A stretch of DNA of 64,000 nt from an uncultured Bacteroidota bacterium (GTDB lineage: Bacteria > Bacteroidota > Ignavibacteria > Kryptoniales > JAKASW01). Both the position numbers and the translations under genes were made by a program. The stretch spans positions 43,032 to 107,031 of the forward strand of contig CAWEES010000002.1 in assembly GCA_963808245.1 (NCBI GenBank). The letters are read 5' to 3'. The notes beneath the pieces are model-generated. The model saw only the letters and a list, made by a program, of their open reading frames with translations, did not search any database and had not been told where the DNA came from. Of the stretch, positions 56,208 through 63,413 are shown in pieces (positions within the stretch are counted from its first letter, which is position 1; each line of letters begins with the position of its first letter).

Positions 56208-57242
56208 TTAGCTGCACTTAACGACAACCTTGCCCACATTGTTTGTGCCTTTCCTAAAGGCTTCTAACGCCAGCTGTAACGCAGATGCATCGAATGCCAC
56301 CGTCGAAGTGATCATGGGATTTAACTTTCCTTCTTCGTACCAGGACACAGCCCGGCTGAGTCCTTCGGTCCGTTTCGCAGCCTCTTCAATGCGCTTGTCC
56401 GGGTCACCGCTGATTATCATTTTCGCCCCGCGGCTTTCTACTGCACTACTCATATCCTCATTCCCGGTTATGGCCAACTGAGCCGCAGTGCCAAGCCTGA
56501 TGTACTCTCCCCCCGACGCGATAACCGCAGCGGATTGAACATACGAGGATTGCGAAGCTGTCGAATCGTAAACGACATCCACTCCCTTGCCTCCGGTGAG
56601 TTTCATGATTTCCTCGACGACATTCTGATTCGAGTAATCGATGATGTGATCAAGGCGAAGCTGACGGAGCAGATTGAGCGATGCAGGTTTGCCCGCGCTG
56701 CCTACGATTTTGAGTCCATACAACTTTGCAATTTGCGCAGCAAAGTGCCCTACTCCTCCTCCGGCGCCCGCAACATAAATCCACTTCCCTTTGTGCCGCT
56801 CAATATTAGAGGTAATCACAAGCGAGGCGTAAGCTGTTATGTAGGCTATACCGAAGGTGCTAGCCTCCGGTGCAGGCACACTGCCTCTCGGCAGGACACT
56901 ATCTTTCCCGGAAACAACATACTCTGCAAAGCATCCGCCTGGACGTGTACTGCCGAAAACTTGTTGCCCAATAGAAAGTGAATTCTCACAGTTTCCGTCA
57001 CCCAACTCAACCACCTCGCCGCTGAAGTCAAAACCCAGGACATAAGGTTCCGGAAGATTAAAAATATTCCTGAGGGCAAAGAGAGAATCCATCTTATTTA
57101 TGGAAGCATAACTGACACGGATGAGCGCCTCATCGTCCTTTAGCGATGCTATGGTTTTCCGTTGAAGGGTGATAGGCTCGCCGGCATGTTTAACGGCAAG
57201 TGCGTTAAATGAAACCGGCAATGAAATCTTTTCTTTTGACAT
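56208..57242 (-). CDS. NADPH:quinone oxidoreductase / zinc-type alcohol dehydrogenase superfamily (MDR) protein
   Basis: 344 aa. The Rossmann motif is VAGAGGGVGHFAAQIAK. The protein has an MDR N-terminal GroES-like domain and lacks the catalytic-zinc Cys/His pattern. Confidence 0.8.
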   Translation of the reverse strand: MSKEKISLPVSFNALAVKHAGEPITLQRKTIASLKDDEALIRVSYASINKMDSLFALRNIFNLPEPYVLGFDFSGEVVELGDGNCENSLSIGQQVFGSTRPGGCFAEYVVSGKDSVLPRGSVPAPEASTFGIAYITAYASLVITSNIERHKGKWIYVAGAGGGVGHFAAQIAKLYGLKIVGSAGKPASLNLLRQLRLDHIIDYSNQNVVEEIMKLTGGKGVDVVYDSTASQSSYVQSAAVIASGGEYIRLGTAAQLAITGNEDMSSAVESRGAKMIISGDPDKRIEEAAKRTEGLSRAVSWYEEGKLNPMITSTVAFDASALQLALEAFRKGTNNVGKVVVKCS

Positions 57243-57758
57243 AAATTCCTCCTGGGGATAAATTCTATTTTATAATGAATAAACCGAAATTTCCCAAATA
57301 ACCCACAACACACCCCTGATTGGAAGGTTTCATATTATAATACCGGAAAATTAACCTGTCAATGTCAAAATCCGGTTTTCTTTCCATAAAACACCTTCGA
57401 TATTAATACAAAATTTTGCATGATATTATGTTTTAAGCTAAAGAATATCTTTTCGTGGTTTTAAAGATTTGTTCAGACTTGGCGACGTCGTGTCGCGTGG
57501 ATTTTGTTTATTTATTTTGCGAAGCACTTCAATATAGGAGCCGATAAACGCTGCGGGCGGCTTCGCTTACGCTCTCGCCGTCCTCGGTCTGCGCTGGCAG
57601 CGTGCAAGTTCGGAAAGGATTGTTTGCGCCGTCGTGTTCGACACATTTTTTTCTTCGCTCGATTACGATCTCGAAAAAAACGTCGCTTATCGGCACCGCT
57701 CTCTGCCACACAGCCGAACGGAGGTTGAGTTTAAGGTACTAAACGAAGGAGGTTATCT

Positions 57759-58163
57759 ATGAGAAACAGAATCATTCTCCTGCTGACTACCTTCTCAATG
57801 GTGGTTTTATCAGCCTGCACGCAAACGACCGCGCCCCGCATTGACAACCCTCACGGAGTCTTTCAAGGTTCACTTGTAATGTATGATTCAACAGGAGGCA
57901 ACCCGATTAACGGGAGACTCTCGGTCAGCCGTGGTGATTCAGCCGACCTTTCTGGAAATTGGGGTTTGAAGAATGGACAAAGCGGTAAGCTGGCTGGGGC
58001 CATGACCGATTCGACGCTTTGGATGAATCTCAACCCAAACTTGATTGACGCAAACACGTTTCTGTTTGGAACGTTCGATGGAAGAAACATTCAGGGAAAG
58101 TGGACTTATTCCGGCGTCATGGGTCCAATCAATCATGGTACATTCACCGCAACGAGCGACTGA
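57759..58163 (+). CDS. small lipoprotein, unknown function
   Basis: 134 aa with a lipobox (VVLSAC). AAGGAGG lies 6 nt upstream of the ATG. Confidence 0.6.
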   Translation: MRNRIILLLTTFSMVVLSACTQTTAPRIDNPHGVFQGSLVMYDSTGGNPINGRLSVSRGDSADLSGNWGLKNGQSGKLAGAMTDSTLWMNLNPNLIDANTFLFGTFDGRNIQGKWTYSGVMGPINHGTFTATSD

Positions 58164-58219
58164 TTCGTCGATGGAGGAAAATTGACACGGCCGCATCCGA
58201 TGACCTTGTCACTCAGGCT

Positions 58220-60601
58220 TTACGCATGCAGCTTCGCCAGATCTTCCCGTCTTCTTCGCCAAGTGATTATAAATCCAATCACCATTATTATCACTCCGCC
58301 CCAAACCAGGTTGATGAAGGGTTTAATGGTCGCTTCAATAACCAGCACGTCTTTCTTGTTCTGACTCCCTTGCTGTGCTTGTGCGAGAAGGGAAGCGTCG
58401 GGTGACGTTTTCGCGGGCAAGTATCCTATCATGACAGAGGCTTCCTTGGTCTTGTCGTCGACATGCACATCGGTGACGGTAAACTGGTCTCCCGATTTTG
58501 TCTTTACTGTGTTGATCTCGTTTTGACTTCCCGGGACAATCTTGTTCGATGGCATTACCGTTTCTGTTCTCCCGTCGGAAGTCGTCAGCTCAATTATCGA
58601 CCCAAGAGAGAAAGCCTGACCGTTTATCATAGCTTGTCTTTGATCGTCGGGTACCTGAAAGCCTTTGAAAACCATGGTATATTTGCCGAGCTTAACCGGT
58701 TTGTTCAAATCGAGAGGAGCTTCAATTCCGTAGGGAGTCGCCTGCATTCCGCCGTCGTTTGTCTGTTCGAGAGCTTGCGGAGATAAATACAGGTCGCGTG
58801 TCAGCATATTCCTTCCAATGAACGCAAGCAATGAGGGGTGGCTGAAAATATCGTAATTAACGAGGCTGAAAATATATGGATGACGCATGATCGCTCCGCC
58901 GTTGTAAGCGCTGGCGTACATCACGAGCGGAGCATTGAATTCGCTGGATCCATTTGCAACCGTGACATTGTATGCAGTCTTTTCATCATCAAGCTGCGAA
59001 GTCCCGACGTAGGTAAGCTTATATCCAAATGCATCGGCTGATTCACCTTGTGGAAGAGAAAGCGTGACGTGCTTGTCGTAATGTGCCGACGCAATGATGC
59101 CGATAAACAGAAGTGACACGCCGATATGAGCGATTGATGACCCCATGAACTTCGGATTTCCTTTGGCAATCTTGTAAGCAATTTGTAAGTTCACAAAAAA
59201 TGCGAATGAGCTTGCGAGGAAAAACATGATCATCAACGTGTCGTGCATCCCGGCAAGTATCACGGCCAATGTGAGAATTACGGCAGCCGAACCGGGAAGC
59301 TGAACCGTCTTTAACAGTGACTGCGAATTTGTTTTTTTCCACCAGAAAAGTTGGCCCAGCCCGATCATCGTTGCCATGAGGATTGCCAGCGGCAAGTTGG
59401 TCTTAAGGTAATAGCTCGGATCTATCGCGCTCGACTGTCCCTTCAGTATGTTTGTAATCAATGGCGCGCTCGTTCCAATCAAAGTAAAACCGGCAACCAC
59501 AACTAGAGAAGCGGCACCTAAGAAGAGCGCAAACTCCCGCGATGTTAGAGTGTAATGAATCTTTTGTTTGGGGATGTCTCTGACCCGCCAGAAGTACACA
59601 CTCAAACCTAAAATTATGAAGAATGCGATCAGCGCGACGAGAAGGATGTAAACCCACATTCCAGGCGTCTCGAAACTATGTACTGATGTGTCTCCGAGAA
59701 CACCGCTGCGAGTAAGGAAAGTGCTGTAAAGGACCAGGAGAAACGGAAGCATTCCCATTATGAAGTTCGCCCTCAAGAAACCTCCGGTGCGGCGCTGCAC
59801 CAGCAAGGTGTGAACGGACGCCACGGCAACGAGCCATGGTATGAATGAGGAATTTTCAACCGGATCCCATCCCCAGAAACCACCCCATCCTAATGTCTCG
59901 TAAGCCCAGAAGCCGCCGAGCGTAATTCCAAATCCGAGGATTGCTGAAGTGAAAAGGGTCCATGGTACGGCGACATTTATCCAATTCTTGTAATCTCTTC
60001 TAAGGAGTCCTGAAATGGCATGGGCGAACGGTACTGCGGTCGAAGCAAATCCGAGAAAAAGTATGGGCGGATGAATTACAATCCAGAAATTTTGCAGGAG
60101 AGGATTCAATCCTCTGCCATCATCGGGGAGCATGCCGGGATGGGCTGTTTGCGGCCACGTCTGCCATACGTACTCGAACGGATTTTTCACAACGGCTAAC
60201 AGAATAAGGAAGGACGCAATCGCGGAGTAAATCCCCATGACAGAAGTCTCATAGTGGTGCTTGCGGGAATAAACCATCAGCATTAATCCGATAATGCATG
60301 TGTACATCGTCCAGAGCATGAAGCTTCCTTCTTGTCCGACGTAGAAAGTAGAGACTAAAAGCGCAGAGGGGAGTTGGAGAGAACTATAGCTCCATACGTA
60401 GGTGTATTGGAATTGATGAGTGAGGAGCATGTTCATCAAATAACCCGCCGTGAGTATTACTGATATCGTTCCGGCGTGGTACCCGATCCGGGCGAACTTC
60501 AAAAACCTTTTATCATCGCTATTAAAGAAAGCAAACACATATCCAAAAGTGGCAGTCAGCATTCCGGCGAATGCCACCAATATTAGAACATGGCCAATCA
60601 T
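58220..60601 (-). CDS. ccmF: cytochrome c-type biogenesis heme lyase CcmF
   Basis: 793 aa, polytopic. The WWD heme-handling motif is WGGFWGWDPVENSSFIPWL. A C-terminal periplasmic domain plus a final TM helix follow. Confidence 0.9.
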   Translation of the reverse strand: MIGHVLILVAFAGMLTATFGYVFAFFNSDDKRFLKFARIGYHAGTISVILTAGYLMNMLLTHQFQYTYVWSYSSLQLPSALLVSTFYVGQEGSFMLWTMYTCIIGLMLMVYSRKHHYETSVMGIYSAIASFLILLAVVKNPFEYVWQTWPQTAHPGMLPDDGRGLNPLLQNFWIVIHPPILFLGFASTAVPFAHAISGLLRRDYKNWINVAVPWTLFTSAILGFGITLGGFWAYETLGWGGFWGWDPVENSSFIPWLVAVASVHTLLVQRRTGGFLRANFIMGMLPFLLVLYSTFLTRSGVLGDTSVHSFETPGMWVYILLVALIAFFIILGLSVYFWRVRDIPKQKIHYTLTSREFALFLGAASLVVVAGFTLIGTSAPLITNILKGQSSAIDPSYYLKTNLPLAILMATMIGLGQLFWWKKTNSQSLLKTVQLPGSAAVILTLAVILAGMHDTLMIMFFLASSFAFFVNLQIAYKIAKGNPKFMGSSIAHIGVSLLFIGIIASAHYDKHVTLSLPQGESADAFGYKLTYVGTSQLDDEKTAYNVTVANGSSEFNAPLVMYASAYNGGAIMRHPYIFSLVNYDIFSHPSLLAFIGRNMLTRDLYLSPQALEQTNDGGMQATPYGIEAPLDLNKPVKLGKYTMVFKGFQVPDDQRQAMINGQAFSLGSIIELTTSDGRTETVMPSNKIVPGSQNEINTVKTKSGDQFTVTDVHVDDKTKEASVMIGYLPAKTSPDASLLAQAQQGSQNKKDVLVIEATIKPFINLVWGGVIIMVIGFIITWRRRREDLAKLHA

Positions 60602-60616
60602 TTTTTTACCCCAGTT

Positions 60617-61027
60617 TTAGTTTACGCTACTATTACTAGTTTGCGCTGAAGCTTGAGGTCCCGTTTTCGATTGATATTTTGAAGGGCATTTTGTCAGAAC
60701 ATCGCTTGCGTGGAAAACCCCGTTCTCGTAGCGTCCCTTCGCCACGATATCGTTTGCAATTTCAAAATTATTCGGTTTTGCTCCGGCAAGTTCAACCGGC
60801 AAAACTGTTTTCTCATCATCCGTCATGTAGAAATGAAATGTGTTGGTCTTCGGGTCATAGAAACTTTGCATGCTTTTCACCCATGTGCCTTTTACCTGGA
60901 CGGTGCGATGCGAATTTTGTGCGGCCTTTGCCGTGACATATTCTATGTTATTCTGCATAAAAGAAATTGCACCGAAAATTATGAAGGCAATGATGACTAG
61001 CCCGCCGACTATATATTTGGGCTTCAT
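60617..61027 (-). CDS. ccmE: cytochrome c maturation heme chaperone CcmE, CxxxY variant
   Basis: 136 aa with an N-terminal TM anchor and an OB-fold core (VQVKGTWV...). The heme-attachment region VLTKCPSKY aligns with the canonical VLAKHDENY, with Cys in place of His. Confidence 0.85.
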   Translation of the reverse strand: MKPKYIVGGLVIIAFIIFGAISFMQNNIEYVTAKAAQNSHRTVQVKGTWVKSMQSFYDPKTNTFHFYMTDDEKTVLPVELAGAKPNNFEIANDIVAKGRYENGVFHASDVLTKCPSKYQSKTGPQASAQTSNSSVN

Positions 61028-61029
61028 TC

Positions 61030-61209
61030 TTATTCGTTCTCCTTTTTAGATACTTTCCCTTGAGCGGGATCTTCAATTTTCTCAAACAGTTCGTTCACCT
61101 TTCTATCTAACCTAAATAGATAAAGAAAGATTCCCAGCCAAATCACAAGTACGATTGTCAAAACCACATAAAGCGAATGTGCGTCGAGAAAGTCATAAAG
61201 TGAACTCAT
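61030..61209 (-). CDS. ccmD: CcmD-like small membrane protein (59 aa, below the ORF-track cutoff)
   Basis: My manual translation is MSSLYDFLDAHSLYVVLTIVLVIWLGIFLYLFRLDRKVNELFEKIEDPAQGKVSKKENE*. It has a single TM helix and exactly fills the gap between the ccmC stop (61210) and the ccmE start (61027). Confidence 0.7.
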   Translation of the reverse strand: MSSLYDFLDAHSLYVVLTIVLVIWLGIFLYLFRLDRKVNELFEKIEDPAQGKVSKKENE

Positions 61210-61902
61210 TTACTGATTCTCCGCCTGATTGTTGTATGTTAATAAACTGATTTTTGTTCTTAATTGAAATAGCCAGACGTACAGAGCACTGAATCCTATG
61301 AGAGAGCCGTAAAATACAAATCTCATATTCATGTCCAGATACATCTTGCCGTTTGAATTGACGATCGGCGCGGCAGATCCGCCTCCGCCCGGATGGAGGC
61401 TGAACATTATTCTCGGCATGATGAAAACGAAGAAGGGAACAGTCACGAATGCTATGATCGAATAGACTGCTGAGAGCGAAGCACGTTTCTCTTCAACTTC
61501 CACCGCGCTGCGAAGAGAAAAGTACGCGCCGTATATCAGTAGAAGAACAAATATTGAAGTCTCACGAGGATCCCAGTTCCAGAAACTCCCCCAGTTGAAC
61601 TTCGCCCAGATTGAACCCGTGATGGTGGCCAGGACGCTGAAGATGAAGCCGAGCTCAGCCGCCGTCGCCGACTTTATATCGTACTTAATTTCTTTTTTCC
61701 GGAGATAACCGATGCCGTACCACATCGACATGAAAAATGCGAGAACGGCAAGCCAGGACATCGGGACATGAAAGAATATGATCCGCGCCTTGGGGCCCAG
61801 ACCGGGAATGTCCCCGATCGGCATTGCAAATCCGAGTGCAACCACTGCCGCTATCCAAATGCCAACTGCAATTTTCATCCACGTTTTCATTAGTCTCTCC
61901 AA
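61210..61902 (-). CDS. ccmC: heme exporter protein CcmC
   Basis: 230 aa. The WWD motif is WGSFWNWDPRETS, and conserved His-containing loops are present. Confidence 0.9.
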   Translation of the reverse strand: MERLMKTWMKIAVGIWIAAVVALGFAMPIGDIPGLGPKARIIFFHVPMSWLAVLAFFMSMWYGIGYLRKKEIKYDIKSATAAELGFIFSVLATITGSIWAKFNWGSFWNWDPRETSIFVLLLIYGAYFSLRSAVEVEEKRASLSAVYSIIAFVTVPFFVFIMPRIMFSLHPGGGGSAAPIVNSNGKMYLDMNMRFVFYGSLIGFSALYVWLFQLRTKISLLTYNNQAENQ

Positions 61903-62552
61903 ACAAAATCAAACAAAACAATAGAAAGGGTTGTAACCACGACACTGTAAGAAACCATTATCTTGATATCGTCGGCAGCATCCGCGATTGAAGCTCCTTC
62001 GACTGCAAGTCTCGTTGCATCTATAACGCTCATCAAAAGAGGAAGCAAGATTGGGAATGAGAGGACTGGGTATAAGGTCCCTTTCGAGTTCGCTTTAGAT
62101 ATGATAGCCGCAATAAAAGTCGAGGCAGAGGCAAGACCGAAACTCCCCAGCAAAACCGTGAGTAAAAAGATTCCCGGCGCCTTGACTGTGAAAGTCGGCA
62201 TCGTCAATAAATAGGCGGCGATTATCAAGCCATTAAGTACATAGATCAGCAGCGTGTTAAATGCGAGTTTGCCGAGTAGGACTGAAGTTGGTTTTACCCA
62301 TAGCTGCAGAGTCATGGCGGTTCCTCGTTCCTCTTCGCTCACAAAGCACCGCGAAAGCCCGCTCATCGCCGCGAAGAAAATGATGATCCATAGAATGCCG
62401 GCAGAAAGGCTTGGCGAGACGGTTTCGCCTGCAGTTGAGAAGAGGATTATTGATAGCGTGACTATGACAAACATGACCAGTGCGTTCAGCGCATAGCGTG
62501 TACGCAGTTCTCCATAGAGGTCTTTATAAAAAACCGCAACCGTTCCTCTCAT
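61890..62552 (-). CDS. ccmB: heme exporter membrane protein CcmB
   Basis: About 220 aa, polytopic and hydrophobic, overlapping the ccmC start by 13 nt. I set the start at the ATG at 62552 because the longer ORF (to 62696) runs through a tRNA gene. Confidence 0.75.
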   Translation of the reverse strand: MRGTVAVFYKDLYGELRTRYALNALVMFVIVTLSIILFSTAGETVSPSLSAGILWIIIFFAAMSGLSRCFVSEEERGTAMTLQLWVKPTSVLLGKLAFNTLLIYVLNGLIIAAYLLTMPTFTVKAPGIFLLTVLLGSFGLASASTFIAAIISKANSKGTLYPVLSFPILLPLLMSVIDATRLAVEGASIADAADDIKIMVSYSVVVTTLSIVLFDFVWRD

Positions 62553-62615
62553 GCATTGAAGATAGGCGGTGTCGGTTTGAGGTTCAAGGTAAGGATTAAA
62601 AACCGAGATAGGCTG

Positions 62616-62702
62616 CGGAGAGGGAGGGATTCGAACCCTCGATACCCCGAAGGGCATTCCGGTTTTCGAGACCGGCCGATTCAACCACTCTCGCACCTCT
62701 CC
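62616..62702 (-). tRNA. tRNA-Ser (anticodon CGA)
   Basis: The minus-strand sequence is GGAGAGGTGCGAGAGTGGTTGAATCGGCCGGTCTCGAAAACCGGAATGCCCTTCGGGGTATCGAGGGTTCGAATCCCTCCCTCTCCG. It has a 7-bp acceptor stem, an anticodon loop CTCGAAA, a long variable arm and a T arm GAGGG-TTCGAAT-CCCTC. Confidence 0.9.
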
Positions 62703-62708
62703 AGTAAA

Positions 62709-62946
62709 CTATTTTATGATTCCTTTTGATCTTAGCCAATTGTAGCCGTCTATCGATTTGAAGAACTTTTCTCTTGCTGCTGCTTCTTGTCTTGTTTTGT
62801 ACTCTTCAGAATAATGTAATACATACGGCAAATGAATAACGTACCTTGCCGCTATTATGAGTCTTCAGTCGTGATTTAATGTTCTCCGAATGTCCATAAT
62901 AATAAGTAGCATCTTTCAAGCTTCGCAAAATATAGGTAAAAAACAT
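62709..62946 (-). pseudogene. GIY-YIG nuclease-family small ORF, frameshifted
   Basis: Frame A (62946..62806) reads MFFTYILRSLKDATYYYGHSENIKSRLKTHNSGKVRYSFAVCITLF*. Frame B continues ..LPYVLHYSEEYKTRQEAAAREKFFKSIDGYNWLRSKGIIK* and ends at 62709. Together they give the GIY..YYG..R...H...E fold pattern of ~80-aa GIY-YIG proteins. Confidence 0.6.
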
Positions 62947-62977
62947 ATTCACCTCATTGCTGACGGGAACAAAGCTG

Positions 62978-63101
62978 GAGGGATTTCTCCATAAGGAGTC
63001 CCTACGGGAGAACCCTCGATACCCCGAAGGGCATTCCGGTTTTCGAGACCGGCCGATTCCTCCCTAGGAGTCCCTTCGGGAAACCACTCTCGCACCTCTC
63101 C
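62978..63101 (-). ncRNA. tRNA-Ser(CGA)-derived tRNA-like element or tRNA pseudogene with insertions in the D loop and T loop and no 3' acceptor strand
   Basis: It is identical to the intact tRNA-Ser(CGA) from nucleotide 1 through the T stem, except that TCCCGAAGGGACTCCTAGGGAGG replaces G in the D loop (plus-strand 63059-63081) and CTCCCGTAGGGACTCCTTATGGAGA replaces CG in the T loop (62986-63010). After the T stem it reads AGCTTTG instead of CTCTCCG. Confidence 0.6.
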
Positions 63102-63158
63102 ATTAATAAATCTTCTTTCAACCGGTGGCAAGGATGCCTGAGTTTTAATAAAGTCTTG

Positions 63159-63245
63159 CGGAGAGGGAGGGATTCGAACCCCCGGTACAGTTGCCTGCAC
63201 TCACGCTTTCCAGGCGTGCCAGTTCAGCCACTCCTGCACCTCTCC
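63159..63245 (-). tRNA. tRNA-Ser (anticodon GGA)
   Basis: The minus-strand sequence is GGAGAGGTGCAGGAGTGGCTGAACTGGCACGCCTGGAAAGCGTGAGTGCAGGCAACTGTACCGGGGGTTCGAATCCCTCCCTCTCCG. The anticodon loop is CTGGAAA, and it has a long variable arm and a TTCGAAT T loop. Confidence 0.9.
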
Positions 63246-63413
63246 AAGACCGATAAATTTAATACTTCTATGCGAGGTCTCCAAAAATCTGTCCTTCCTT
63301 GAATCTATTCAAGAAAAGATGGGTAATCCGGAGAGTCAGGGCTTTTAATAGTGTGGGTAAGCATAATTCTTGATTCTTATTTTTGACAAGAATATCTTGC
63401 ATTCGTATTAGGA

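Noticed and set aside
57504-57728. 74-aa plus-strand ORF and 60-65-aa minus-strand ORFs in the qor/lipoprotein intergenic region
   Set aside because: All of them are extremely Arg-rich products of a CG-rich non-coding block (RLRLRSRRPRS.., RRRKQSFP..), which is typical of spurious ORFs. The region is reported instead as a candidate structured RNA.
62553-62696. N-terminal 48 codons of the ORF-track ccmB model (GTG start at 62696)
   Set aside because: This stretch (..REWLNRPVSKTGMPFGVSRVRIPPSP..) is the translation of the tRNA-Ser(CGA) gene on the same strand. The ATG at 62552 gives a normal-length CcmB.
62949-63200. 83-aa minus-strand ORF
   Set aside because: It is read straight through the tRNA-like element and part of tRNA-Ser(GGA); ..GVRIPPSP.. 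is again a T-arm translation. It is not a credible protein.
62616-63245. tRNA-linked genomic island or prophage integration
   Set aside because: There is no integrase, excisionase or phage gene on either side. The duplicated tRNA segment encloses only ~270 nt with a decayed GIY-YIG gene, so this is a micro-scale event, not an island.
63383-63411. Sigma70-like promoter TTGACA-17 nt-TATTAG upstream of the partial TPR gene
   Set aside because: The -10 candidate ends only 2 nt before the first ATG (63414), which leaves no room for a 5' UTR or SD site. It would require a leaderless mRNA, so I do not call it a promoter.
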